A DNA stretch of 61,588 bases, filler included, from Hausera hauseri (taxonomy: Eukaryota), in assembly GCA_046269625.1 (NCBI GenBank). It is 9 parts of 9 records of this genome, joined end to end, with 100 filler letters (N's around TTAATTAATTAA, not from the genome) between each part and the next. Parts side by side here need not be neighbours in the genome. Positions count along the whole stretch, not along the records: positions 35,701 to 39,700 come from JBJURY010828750.1; positions 39,801 to 47,894 come from JBJURY010779870.1; positions 47,995 to 57,509 come from JBJURY010352155.1; 6 more parts are not named here. One strand, 5' to 3'. The position numbers and the translations under genes were made by a program. Of this stretch, positions 37,606 through 50,900 are shown in pieces; the first letter of the stretch is position 1, and each line of letters starts with the position of its first letter. Under the pieces are notes generated by a model. It made no database searches. It was not told the DNA's origin and worked only from the letters and a program-made list of their open reading frames with translations.

Positions 37606-38539
37606 TTTACTCATTCTGCAAAATAGGAGCAACGTTCTTAAAGATACTCTTATCAATGTCGTTAGAATAATTTGTGAATCAATCACTCGCGTTTATCAAG
37701 CAGTCACATTGGGTGCTGCTGTTACACCCTCTTTCTCCATTCCAATACTGAATGTAGTTGTTTGATAGACGCTACACTGGACACCTGCTTCCTGTGTAAC
37801 AATTGTGGCGTTTGGATAGATAATTTATAGAGAATAAAAAATCCTACCTGCAAGAAAACTGACGCGTGACGGCGTACATAATTAGGAAGAAAACAGTGTC
37901 ATACCTTTGAGAGGGGACTGTATATGCAAAATTAAAATCAGTTTTTTGTGTGGTTGGACTCATGGAATAGATGGTTACTGTGGGGTCTCAATATATGTTC
38001 ACAAATTGATGCAGAAAGTGCGCGTTACGGAAATTTTCGTTGTAATTTGAACTAATTGTTGTTGTAGACTTATTTTTAAAAAAATCACAGTATAAATAGT
38101 ATGTTCTCTATTGCCTTCATCATCATGTGTAAAGCCATGTGGTGTCGACTGTTATGGAATCCCACATCTCGTTGTTCATGATGTCTCCAGTCATTTCTAC
38201 CGCCGACTGTCTTTTGAGCCCAGTCTGGCAAACCATCAAGAAATGTTACCGGCAGTAATTGCTTTTCACCTGTTCACTTCTTAAATCATGGTTGATCGTG
38301 GATGCTGCTTATCTCTTTATGATTTTGTGGATCACAAATGTTTATTTCAGCCCAAGTTCAGGAAGTAAGTCTTCGTTAGTTCTCTTTAATGACCATGGGA
38401 TATGTAACATTCTGACAAATCGCATCGTTCTTGTTTTCAATGAATTAAGCAGTTTTGTTACTTAATGTCGATACTCGCAAATATGCATGAGCATGTCCAG
38501 TGTAACCCTCATAGACTTTCTTTATTTCAGCGATAGATG

Positions 38540-38790
38540 TGTTTATAATCCCATGGACAGCAAGGAGAATAAATAAAGATGTTTTACACGCAGCAGATAC
38601 AGAAAGATCGCCTGTCAAAAAGATCAGAAAGAGACAAACATCCTAGATTGACCATGTTTTAAGAAGAGAAGGTCTGGAGAACTTGGGCGCGACAGGCAAA
38701 ATACCAGGAAGTAGAAGTAGTGGAAGACAGAGACTGAAGTGTCTGAACGGTTTGCGTGAATGGCTCAGAAACACTATACAGGATACTGGA
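38540..38790 (+). mobile_element. RTE LINE 3' fragment
   Basis: KIRKRQTS*IDHVLRREGLENLGATGKIPGSRSSGRQRLKCLNGLREWL. Confidence 0.72.
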
Positions 38791-39369
38791 AACTGACACC
38801 AGTCCAAATCATAAAGCCGACTTCTGCTGATGATGTGGCAATGTTAGCTAAATCTGAGAATTCAATACAATTTACACATTTAGAAGGGGGAATGTAGAGG
38901 AATGGCCATCATCAGCTCAAGGACAGAAACTACTGTGATATTATGTTTGTTGTGTTGTTGAACCCCTTAAGCCGTGATCGTTATCGCTTTGCAGCAGGAT
39001 CAGCCGTTTCTCTAGACACTAGAGCTATGATTATGGAGTTTGCTCCTAGGAGGGAACAAATCACCCTACATTTGGAGTGCAGAGTCGACTTTTATGATTG
39101 GGAGGATGGAAAGGCTTTTTATGAATACCGGGCTTTTAGGGGGATCTTCACACTAGTATACAATTCTGAGATTTTCCTACACAGTCCTAGTCGGATAGGT
39201 TACTCTTAAGTGTCAGGACTGAGAGATAGTTCGGACGTGAAAGCTCCTGCTCTCGAGCAGGGAGAAGCCAACAAAGCCCCATCTGCGTACTCAGGGAGCG
39301 CCACATTTGAAGGTGGACCTTCGCTGCCCCAAGTAGAAGGCCTCAGACCTTACTCCCCATTGTAATATC

Positions 39370-39700
39370 TAAAAACAATCTTAACTTATATCTGCCACCC
39401 ATTTGTGGAACCTCCAGCCTTTCCTGTCCTGAGCCTTTCTTTCTATTTGGTTCCAGGTATAGCCAAAGTTTTTTGTATCTGTCCCTTATTTTCTGCACCA
39501 GGTATTTCATGATCTTTCTCATTTTGTGCTTCCCTGTGGATTCCAGGTTAGTGCCTGTCTAGTACAATTTGTAGAGGGTTTTGGCAGTGTATGTCCTATC
39601 CATCTCCAGCATCTTACAGTATCTTCATCAGCTGGGTGTTGTTTTGTTTTCTGCCAGAGGTCAGGGTTGCTGATAGTGTCAGGCCAGTAAATGTTTAGTA
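39370..39700 (-). mobile_element. RTE LINE ORF2 fragments
   Basis: [17 protein letters not shown]...RWRWIGHTL...[13 protein letters not shown]...TWCRK; standard RTE C-terminal motifs. Confidence 0.7.
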
Positions 39701-39800
39701 NNNNNNNNNNNNNNNNNNNNNNNNNNNNNNNNNNNNNNNNNNNNTTAATTAATTAANNNNNNNNNNNNNNNNNNNNNNNNNNNNNNNNNNNNNNNNNNNN
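39701..39800. other. Artificial contig linker
   Basis: N-TTAATTAATTAA-N, 100 nt. Confidence 0.98.
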
Positions 39801-40059
39801 TGGCTGGCCTAGTGATGAAGTACTCTACTGTTGTAGCAACTGCTGTATGTTTACTTTCTGAAATGAAGGTGTTATTCACAAGGTCAAAGGTAAGCCACAC
39901 ATCCTGGAATCCTGCAGGATACAGTCAACCCTAAGGTCACTGCACTCGGGCGCCAAATAGAATCATGCAGTGGACCTAAAACTCGGTAGTTTAATAACTA
40001 TATAAAAATTAATAACTAAATATATTGCAATTTTGTCAATGCTCGCATCATCATCAGGT

Positions 40060-40365
40060 GCCACGCTATGTAATGTAGATGGTCATGGATCTCCATCTGT
40101 CGCGATTCCTGGCGTCTCCAATCATGTCTGCTGTGACATACTTTCGAGCCATTCACGGAAACCATCCAGACACTTCATCCTCTGTTGTCCACTACTTCTA
40201 TTTCCTAGTATTTTGCCTGCGGTGAGCAAGTGCTCTAGACCGTAACTTCTTAAAACGCGGCCAATCATGGATGCTTGTCTATTTCTGATCTTACTGATAA
40301 GCGTTTTCTTCCAAAACATCTTCATTTGTTCTCCTTGTTGTTAATGGGATTTTCAACACATCTCT
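40060..40365 (-). mobile_element. RTE LINE 3' fragment
   Basis: LISKIRNRQASMIGRVLRSYGLEHLLTAGKILGNRSSGQQRMKCLDGFREWL, followed by a (TGA)n tail. Confidence 0.75.
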
Positions 40366-41561
40366 GTTGCTGTTACACAATTTCTTACATACTAATGTGC
40401 TACATTTTCAGATCAGTAAGTAAGTAAAGAAACTCAAATCATGACTAAAGGGGAAAGTGGAGTTAAGAGTCCATATTTTTCCTTGACACCGGCACATGAT
40501 CAAGTTGTGTTGTCAGCATAACACCAGACAGCAATTACTTTCCCAGAGAATTTCTCCGGTACTCAATTTCTGAGGCCGAGTTGAACCCTGGAGCCAATCT
40601 GGTTACAAAAACAAAAAATTAAACTTGCCACAGCTAGGATTGAAAGCTAGCCCACAATCCACTGTGCCTTCGCGGATCCGTTTATACTCTGTACTAAGGC
40701 AGAAATGTGCCTTAATGTTTCCCCACTTTAGCAAGCGGGAAGTTCCGTTAAAATGTATTTGTGACATTAATCTTTCAAATACTTTACATTCTGCGATATC
40801 GTCATGAATGTTTAAGATATTCCAAAGTTGTTGCCTCTTGTGGATTGACAATTCGAATTCAGATTCCATACACCTTATAATAGTCATAATTACTTTTTGT
40901 GACAATCTACCGTTCTCGCCACGAATATTCCAAAACTTCGACAAACAAAATTGACAGAAAGTCTGCTACAACGATCATTGGTGATTTATTACAAATATGA
41001 CTAAAATTTTAGCTGTGGTAATTCATTTTTATCCAAGAAAATTCGATTTAAAAATATTTGAAAGTATTTAAATTATGAAAATTATTTATGTTAAATTTAT
41101 TGAGATGAAAGAACTATTTACAGATATACAAATTAAAAAAACGTGCCCGAAAGTTCTATTTTAAATATGAAATTCTCATGAACAATTTTTAAAACTTGTG
41201 TATAATTTGAAATTTTGCGCGGTACTTTTGCACACAAACTAATCACCAAATATATCATATACAGTAAATCCGAAATTTTATGAATCAATAAATTGCGTAT
41301 TGTTGTTCACTATTTAAACATTTCAGTATCTAATTAGATTCAGTATTCAAAACAATATTGAACAGAAAGTTCATATGTAAATAATTATGAAAAAGTTCAG
41401 AAATAGGATTTTTTAAATGTATTTATCGTTATGTATTGAAGATTACTTAGTGTATATCAATATTATTCTATTACATATAGATAATGCACAGTCAAATTAT
41501 GAAAATACACCACCACACAGAGTCTAAACATTTGGTAAAAATGTTCGTTGTATAACTTCAA

Positions 41562-41762
41562 TGTGGTACCTTTCGAGCGTTGCGGCAACCAGGCCTTTTC
41601 CGGCCGGACACAATATGGCGAAAATAACGCGCCCTATTGTGTCCGGCCGAAAAAGGCCAGGGTGCTGCAACGTATAAAAAGCACCACATCATGCCAATGG
41701 CATTTAGCTGCCAAACTCCGTTTCCATTTCCTACCAAAATAAACATCCATAAACTTACTACA
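41562..41762 (+). repeat. Putative 5' LTR of the gypsy relic; its first 129 nt form a hairpin
   Basis: TG...CA bounds, TATAAAAA at 41673, AATAAA at 41738. No PBS and no matching 3' LTR seen. Confidence 0.45.
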
Positions 41763-44668
41763 CATACACACGCACAACATCACAATACCTTCATTTGTTC
41801 ATCACAAAACATCTACCCTTTAAAAACTTCTACTTCCATCTTAACAGTATTCTTCAAACCACTGGCAACTCATCTCTGTCTACGCGTTTGCGATATGCTT
41901 TCTCAATTCATTTTCATCACACCTCGGCTTCTTGGTGGCTGTGATCTCAGTCTCGAAACTTCTGAACTCAAAAAGCCACACCCAATACCAATCATCTATC
42001 TTTCCAAATCCGTTGTCAATGCGTTGAATATTTCACCCACAACCAAAATTCACCTCGCACTTGACTAGGTTTTCACGCCCGATGGCTCAGCGTCCATAAT
42101 CTCACTGATTCATTTCTCAAAACCAAAAACCTTCTCGTCTATTTACCTTCCTCCCTAAAGTCATGCCTTTCAAACTTGTCTGAGATCTTCTCTGAAGCTG
42201 ATCCCTACAAAGCTCTCTACGCTTCAGTACTTAACCCCATCGAACAATCTATAGACTTAATAATCCAAAAATATTTCAATGACAATACCTAGGTCAGAAT
42301 CAAGCCTTACAACTTTCTTCGAACGTCTTTATCTAAGCTCAGCACGTTAGGCGTAACACAATCCAACAATTCCGACCTTTTGAGACATACTTTCTTTATC
42401 TCTTGGCCAAGGAAATCCGTGCTCTTTTAACTGTTGTTGAGGACCATGCGACCCTGGACACACTAGCACAGCTCGCCAATTAAAGCTTCGAAATACTGCA
42501 CAAGTAGTCACATACGACAATAGCTGCAACATTAGCAGAACCATAAATTCAATCCCATCTATAAACATTAATACTTGAAACTCAATTACAATCGTTCCAT
42601 GCAGAAAATCTGCAATTAAAAAAAGCTATATCCGCAGTAACAGACAGCTATGTATGGCATCAATCTCGCCCTGAGAGACGCCGATTTCGTAACAACTCAA
42701 CCAATAACCCAAACAATTCAGCTGCACGGAGACAAATGTTTTATTTTCACACAGAATTTAAACAGTCAACTCAAAAAGTGTTGCATAGGTTTTGATAGAA
42801 ACTTTGCAACATCAGACAACATATGTATCTGTCACAATAAATACCAAGACAGTGCTTGACACTGCTTGTCCGGCTGTAAATTCGAGACGCAATTTTCTAA
42901 ATTACAACCTTCCTCATCATCAAAAAGCATATTGCCGACAGAACTTCCGACAAATCCTTTCCAAGGCTCATCTCCATAAAAAACGGCCGAAATACCTCCT
43001 TCGTTGTCTTCACTCTTCACGCAATGTTTCACATCCACTTAAATCAAATATAAATTTTCTCATAGACACGGATGCTGCAGTATCACTACTGCCCAAATCG
43101 TTTGCAATCACAAATCGTCTTCAATCTCTCAACCACTATGCACTGCCAATGGACTACCGTTACGTACCATTGTCACAATTCATTTGTCTTTCACTCTACA
43201 ACACTTTCCCCTAGTCTTTCACTGGACTTTTGTGATAGCAAACGTGCAGTTACCCATTCTACGCCGGGGCTTTCTTTCACGTTACCATCTTCTAGTAGAC
43301 TGTAAAAACGTTGTCTATTGCACAGTTTTAATCAATTTTTTATAACAAATAACTCTTCATTTGAGAGAAATTGGCCTCCAGTGTTTGCGAAGCCTATAAT
43401 TAAATCTGTACTAAAATCATTTAATATAAATAATAATAAAATCGTACATAACAAAATTGTGGACGTTGATAAGTATGAAATTGTCTCCTCCACCGACATA
43501 ACTCCACAACCTACCTCAGCTCCTGATCAACATTCGTCCATACTACCATCATCCTTCAGCCTATTATCAGCGGACTTGCAAACATTTATAACTTTTCAAT
43601 GTTCAAGAATTCTTAAGAAAGCCCCACAACTCAAGCCTTCTTCCAACACGTTTCATTTATAGTTACCTCCTACCAACGATCAACACACCAGAAAGTGTTA
43701 CCTCTTTCACCACGTTACATAAAAGCAGTTGCTCACGAATTCCGAACTATAGAAAACACCAGCATTATAAGAGGTTCAAAATTATCTTGGGCCTCACCCT
43801 TACATGTCGTGCTCAAGAAAGATAGAACTTTCAGGTCTTCTGGCTACTATCGAAAGTTAAACACCATCACGATCATATCCACTTCCACTTATTAACGATA
43901 TACTGCCCAGACTTCATGGTACTTTCATCTTTTCATATATTGATTACCATAAGGCATATCATAAAATATCCGTCGTTCCTGCTGACATACCAAAAAAGGC
44001 TGTCATAACATATTTCGGCTTTTTACAGTATGTTTGCATACCTTTTGGTCTTCACATTGCCTCACTTACCAAAAGCACATTAACACTATTCTTTCTGGCC
44101 TAGATTTCGCCTTCCGATACATATACGACACATTTATTGCTTCGTCGTCTCCCAAACACTATTCTGAATATCTGTACATATTTTTCCAACGCTTACACAA
44201 AAACAACCTTGGAGTCAACTTCGTCAAATGCTCTTTCTCTCAATACAAGATCAACTTTCTTGGACATGTTATAATCCAATTTGGCCATCACCGCAGCAAG
44301 ACCGCATTACTGAGTTCAACAACATTCATTTTCCATGAACATCCACAGAAATGCTTTCCTTTCTCGGAACTCTTCACTTCGTGCACAAGAATGTGCAATA
44401 CTGTTCCACATTTACTGAACTATTCGCTTCACCAGCTCCGGTAAAAAGAAGCAGCTCATTCACCGGACTACTGACCTAGTAAACTCGTTTGAACATCTTA
44501 AAAAACTTAAAAACTGCCGAAATCCTGTAATATCTTGATTCAAACTCAACTCTTTCTTACAATCGATGTACCACTGCATCAGGTGCAGTACTTTATATAT
44601 TCAAAGACGGATTCCATCAGCCAGTTGAATTTTTTTCACAAAAATTTACAAAAACCGAATAACGGTTT

Positions 44669-45876
44669 TAGGGCTTATTGCTTTATGAGAGTCCCTGATC
44701 CCATTTAACAACATTGAAACCAAAAAACAGTAAGAAAAAACGAACGTAAAAAATTGGTAGAAAACAACAGCATAAGGGTGATAACGTTTATTCACATTAC
44801 AATCGTCGTCTGCTGACGACTGAGACTCTTCCATTGGAGGATAGAAACGGTGCCGTCCTGAGAAGTCGACGAAAGGGAATTGGTTAGTCATCCGTGCCGG
44901 GGCTGTACGCCCTGACCCGCCGTGAGCCGGAGATTCTTTGGTCCGGAATCAACTGGCTCTCAGAGAGAACCAGTGATTCGAACATCCGGTCTGCAGCCGC
45001 CATCAGCCTTATAAAGACTGGTAAGAAGGCAGAGGAATCGAACAACCGTCGGTGACCTCCATCGGCGTAAAACCGTCGAAGATGTCCGTTTGGGACGCAG
45101 TACGGGTCGTTCTTGGGCAGCCTGTTGAGGTGCCGCACGAATCTGCTCCGTTGCAGCAGCTTTCACACCGCCTGATAATCCAAATACGAGCAACACAAAG
45201 CTTGACGGTCCCGAATGCGATGTCGCTTTCTACTAGAGACGGTGTCTCGCCGGGCTGTGTGTCTCCGATCTTCGGATCGGGTTTGTTCCGTTGAAGCGGT
45301 ATGCCTGTCGGTTCCATTCTCCGCTCAGGCGTGTGTAGGTCGGGGTACCTTGGGAATGCGGTACCCCGTAAACGGAACGGTCTTCTTTTCGTTCGCCGTG
45401 ATATCTGGTTGGTCTGGCGCATCGCCTAGGTGGGCCTTGAAGGCTTGTCTGACGATAGGTTCGCCGGGTTTCTATATCTTGAATGTCGACATCTGGCCCT
45501 TTTCGAACGCTTTCGGTGCTATTGGAATTTTTTTATACTTTGAATATAAGTGATCTTCTTAAAACTGGATTCAAACAAAATGGATTTGAATGTACAGATT
45601 TCGATTGTCAATTGCTTTATTATTACAAGTGCTGATCACTTCAGCACTCGTAATTCCAGTTTTTTATTTGTTTGTTTCGTAGGCGGATTCTTGTTTGTTT
45701 GGGATGAATACGTGATTTGCTTTTGATTTTACTTTTGACAAGGTTTGTGATATTAAGCGAATCCGTGGTTTTGTTACTACTATTTGGTATGTTTAAAATT
45801 TCAAGGGGAATAAATTTTTAAATTCGTGATTTGTTTATTTTTTGTACTTATTTTTTGTTTGTAAAGCAAAGCTTTA
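44669..45876. mobile_element. 1.2-kb nested insertion in the gypsy RNase H; probable non-autonomous DNA transposon
   Basis: Splits ...KTE / QRYSTFD. Near-duplicated target AACGGTTT (44661-44668) versus AACGGTAT (45878-45885). Imperfect TIRs TAGGGCTTATTGCTTTA and TAAAGCAAAGCTTTA. Confidence 0.65.
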
Positions 45877-47894
45877 CAACGGTATTCCACCTTCGACAAA
45901 AAGTTGCTTGTTATGATCCTAGCCGTAATGCATTCTAAACACATTCTGCTTTCACGCACTTTCACCATCCAAACGGATCATAAACCTTTGCTTCACATAC
46001 TCACTATGAAGTCTCCATCTCCACGTCAGGAGAGACAAATATAATATATCTCAACGTTTGCTGTTAACATAAAACATAATTCAGGTATTTACAACTAAGT
46101 AGCCAATTTCTTATCGAGTTCCGTCGACTCTATCAGTTTTGCGCCTATTTTTGACAACAAGACACTCCGCCGGAAAAAGCCAAATGATCCCATTCTCTCC
46201 GCCTTCAAATTCCATAAAATCGTTGATGGCGTAGCTTTAGACACCACCAATCCTTGATTCACTAAAATTATTCTTTCACCGACGCTGCTAAAAACAGCAA
46301 TCAACAACGTTCATTCGCTGCATCGCCCAGGATCCAAAGCTACGTATCGACTTTTTAAACGCAAAGTCACATGGCCATCAATAAAATCAGATGTGCAGAA
46401 TTAGTTTAGGGAGCGTGCGGCATGACAGAAGTTTAATGTAGCCAAACACATCAAGCCGCCTCTTTATCATTTTCCCTGCACATCACAATTTGACACTATT
46501 CACACTGATATAGTTGGTCCACTACAACCAGACAGTGACAATCAGTTTATCCTCACCATGATGGACTAAACCTTCAGATGGCCAGAAACCGTTCCACTCC
46601 TGTTCTGTTCAACATAGACAGTGTCCCTTGGTCCATGGTGGTTGGATACGGCTGAGTGGTCCGTTTCCGCCTAATCGGACAGATAGCCGGATCCGAGTTT
46701 ACTCTTCGGCTGGTCTTGTAGCGGAACAATGTCCATTGAACAAAATCACAAATAAATCTACACCAATAAATTTAACCTTTGCAAACAAATCCGGTCAGAT
46801 CTTGCCCATATGCATTGTACCGACTGTCCTTACATTGTTCCTAACAACTAGATGGACTTCGTAGCATGAAAAATTTATAACAGTGTATAGAAAGTTCTTT
46901 ACTTAAATCAGACCATAATTTTGATTCTACCCCTCACATAGTGGGGCAGCTGTTACATAATCAAAATCAGTAGTTACGATATATTTCCGTCCCAAATTGC
47001 TTTCACAATTTTGTGTAGAATATTTTGCTATCTTTGTTATTATGTTACTGTCGCTTATTTTGTTTATTTGATTATGTATAAATTTATTTGTATCCCACAA
47101 ATCCGTTTTCTCTTTTACATAACAATTATTTTTGATTTAATCGATTTTGTACAGACTGATTCGTGTCCAAAAAACCCGTTTTCTCCTTTTGTACGATGTA
47201 ATATTTTTAACAGATAATTAAAGTAAATCGTGTACAAAATTATTCGACATCATATGTACAAGTTTTATTAAGAAGTGCGCAGTGATGTACTATTGCCGTC
47301 TGGTTTCATGCGCTGCCCATTTTACCCCATCGTACTGATATAAAATATGTGACACGACTATATAGAAAATATGTTTATGCCGCAATATTAAAAAATTTTA
47401 AACATTAAAGATATTTTGCATTAGAAATTTAGTAATGACTTCATATCTAATATAATACTATAAGGAAAAGTGGTAACATTGTGCATTTGTTCACCGTTTC
47501 ACTCATTCCTGCTATCTATAGAGCTTGCTAAGTCAGTGGAGAAATAAAGTATTGTACATCAAGATGGCATGACAGTTGCAAAACAATGTAGTGTTTATTA
47601 AATGGTCGTGGCAGATACGAGGAAAGAAACAGGTAGTGACAACTGCACTGATATGGCTGGTTGATCAGAAAACATTAGGTCCATTGGTTGGTAATCATAG
47701 ATTACATTTTGAAAGTTTGAGCGCCTGCTATCGAAAGCTTCAAGACATAATCCGCGAAATACTTGGATTCATTAAAACACCTTTTAATGAACAGTATTAA
47801 AGCACATTATCATCCCCATAAGATGGCATACTGAAAAGTTTCGTGAATGTGCGTAATTAATTGCACTTCCTCTGCAAGGCTAATTATTGGAAAA

Positions 47895-47994
47895 NNNNNN
47901 NNNNNNNNNNNNNNNNNNNNNNNNNNNNNNNNNNNNNNTTAATTAATTAANNNNNNNNNNNNNNNNNNNNNNNNNNNNNNNNNNNNNNNNNNNN
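47895..47994. other. Artificial contig linker
   Basis: N-TTAATTAATTAA-N, 100 nt. Confidence 0.98.
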
Positions 47995-50900
47995 TAAGAC
48001 TAAGACTAAGACTAAGACTAAGACTAAGACTAAGACTAAAAGACAAAGACTAAGACTAAGACTAAGACTAACACTAAGAGTAAGAGTAAGAGTAAGACTA
48101 AGACTAAGACTAAGAGTAAGACTAAGACTAAGTCTAAGATTAAGATTAAGACAAAGACTAAGACTAAGACTAAGAGAAAGACTAAGACTAAGATTAAGAC
48201 TAAGACTAAGACAAAGACAAAGACAAAGATAAAGACTAAGAGTAAGAGTAAGAGTAAGACTAAGACTAAGACTAAGACTAAGATTAAGACTAAGACTAAG
48301 ACTAAGACTAAGACTAAAAGACAAAGACTAAGACTAAGACTAAAACTAAGATTAAAACTTAGACTAAGATTATAAGAATAAGACTAAGACTAAGACGAAG
48401 ACAAAAACTAAGACTAAGACTTAGACTAAGACTAAGACAGACTAAGACTAAGACTAAGACTAAGACGAAGACAAAAACTAAGACTTAGACTAAGACTAAG
48501 ACTAAGACTAAGACTAAGACTAAGACTAAGACTAAGAATAATACTTAGACTAAGACTAAGACTAAGACTAAGACTAAGACTAAGACTAAGACCAAGACTA
48601 AGATTAAGACTAAGACAAAGACTAAGACTAATACTAAGAATAAGACTAAGACTAAGACTAAGACTAAGACTAAGACTAAGACTAAGACTAAGACTTAGAA
48701 TAAGACTAAGACTAAGACTAAGACTAAGATTAAGATTAAGAATAAGACAAAGACAAAGACAAAGATAAAGACTAAGAGTAAGAGTAAGAGTATAAGTAAG
48801 AGTAAGACTAAGACTAAGACTAAGACTAAGACTAAAAGACAGACTAAGACTAAGACCAAGACTAAGACTAAGACTAAGAATAAGACTAAGACTAAGACTA
48901 AGACTAAGATTAAGACTAAGATTAAGATTTATACTAAGACAATGACTAAGATTAAGTCTAAAACTAAGACTAAGATTGAGACTATGACTAAGACTAAGAA
49001 TAAGACAAAGATTAAGAATAAGACTAAGGTTAGAATAAGACTAAGACTAAGACTAAGACTAAAAGAATAAGACTAAGACTAAGACTAATACTAAGACTAA
49101 GATTAAGACTAAGACAAAGACTAAGACTAAGGCTAAGAGAAAGATTAAGACTAAGATTAAGACTAAGACTAAGACAAAGACAAAGACAAAGATAAAGACT
49201 AAGAGTAAGAGTAAGACTAAGACTAAGACTAAGACTAAGACTAAGACTAAGACTAAGACTAAAAGACAAAGACTAAGACTAAGACTAAGACTAAGATTAA
49301 GACTTAGACTAAGATTATAAGATTAAGACTAATACTAAGACTAAGACTATAACGAAGACAAAAACTAAGACTAAGACTTAGACTAAGACTAAGACAGACT
49401 AAGACTAAGACTAAGACAAAGACGAAGACAAAAATTAAGACTTAGACTAAGACTAAGACTAAGACTAAGACTAAGACTAAGACTAAGACTAAGACTAAGA
49501 ATAAGACTTAGACTAAGAGTAAGAGTAAGACTAAGACTAAGACTAAGACTAAGATTAAGACTAAGACAAAGACTAAGACTAATACTAAGAATAAGACTAA
49601 GACTAAGACTAATACTAAGACTAAGACTAAGACTTAGATTAAGACTAAGACTAAGACTAAGACTAAGAGTAAGACTAAGATTAAGACAAAGACAAAGACA
49701 AAGATAAAGACTAAGAGTAAGAGTAAGTGTAAGACTAAGACTAAGACTAAGACTAAGATTAAGACTTAGACTAAGAATAAGAATAATACCAAAATTAAGA
49801 ATAAGAGTAAGACTAAGACTAAGACTAAATTAAGACTAAGACAAAGATTAAGACTAACCCTTTGTCTTAGTCTTAATCTGAGTCTTAATCTTAGTCTTAG
49901 TCTTAGTCTTAATCTTAGTCTTAGTCTAAGTCTTAGTATTGGTCTTAGTCTTAGTCTTAGTCTTAGTATTAGTCATAGTCAGTCTAATAGTAAGACTAAG
50001 ACAAAGACTAAGATTAAGACTAAGACAAAGACAAAGACTATGACTAAGACTAAGAATAAGACTAAGATTAAGATTAAGAATAAGACTAAGACTAAGACTA
50101 AGACTAAGAATTAGACTAAGACTAAGACTAAGACTAAGACAAAGACAAAGTCAAAGACTAAGACAAAGACTAAGAATAAGGCTAAGACTAAGACTAAGAT
50201 TAAGACTAAGACTAAGATTTAGACTAAGAAAAAGACTAAGATTAGGATTAAAACTAAGACTAAGATTGAGACTAAGAATAAGAATAAGACTAAGACTAAG
50301 ACTAAGAATAAGACTAAAAGTATAAGACTAAGGATAATACTAAGACTAAGATTAAGACTAAGACTAAGAGTAAGACTAAGGCTAAGATGAAGACAAAGAC
50401 TAAGATTATGACTAAAACTAAGAATAAATTGAGTCTAAGATTAAGACTAAGACTAAAACTAAGACTAAGAATAAGACAAAAAGAATAAGGCTAAGACTAA
50501 TACTAAAACTAAGATTAAGACTAAGATTAAGACTAAGATTAAGATTTAGACTAAGACAAAGACTAAGATTGAGACTAAAACTAAGACTAAGATTGAGACT
50601 AAGACTAAGACTAAGACTCAGACTTCGACTAAGACTAAGACTAACAATAAGACTAAGATTAAGACTATGACTAAAACAAAGACAAAGACAAAAGCAAAGA
50701 CTAAGACTAAGACTAAGACAAAGACTAACATTAAGACTAAAACTAAGACTAAGATTTAGACTAATATTAAGACTAAGACTAAGATTAAGACTAAGACTAA
50801 AACTAAGACGAAGACTAAGACTAAGACTAAAAATAAGACTAAGAGAAAGACTACGACTAAGACTAAGACTAAGACTAAGACTAAGGCTAAGATTAAGACT

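Larger units (their letters stand above)
41562..46952 (+). mobile_element. Ty3/gypsy LTR retrotransposon relic (PR-RT-RH-IN), heavily decayed
   Basis: Protease FLIDTDAAVSLLPK (~43057); RT SWASPLHVVLKKD..YRKLN (~43785) and FAFRYIYDTFIAS; RNase H PVEFFS / QRYSTFD..QTDHKPL (split by an insertion); integrase IHTDIVGPL (~46498); PPT-like GTGGGGCAGC before TGT (~46941-46953). Confidence 0.88.

Noticed and set aside
41562-46952. The C7 gypsy element as the pol donor for the gag-X-env family
   Set aside because: No shared LTR, PBS or Gag similarity is visible, and the element is heavily decayed.
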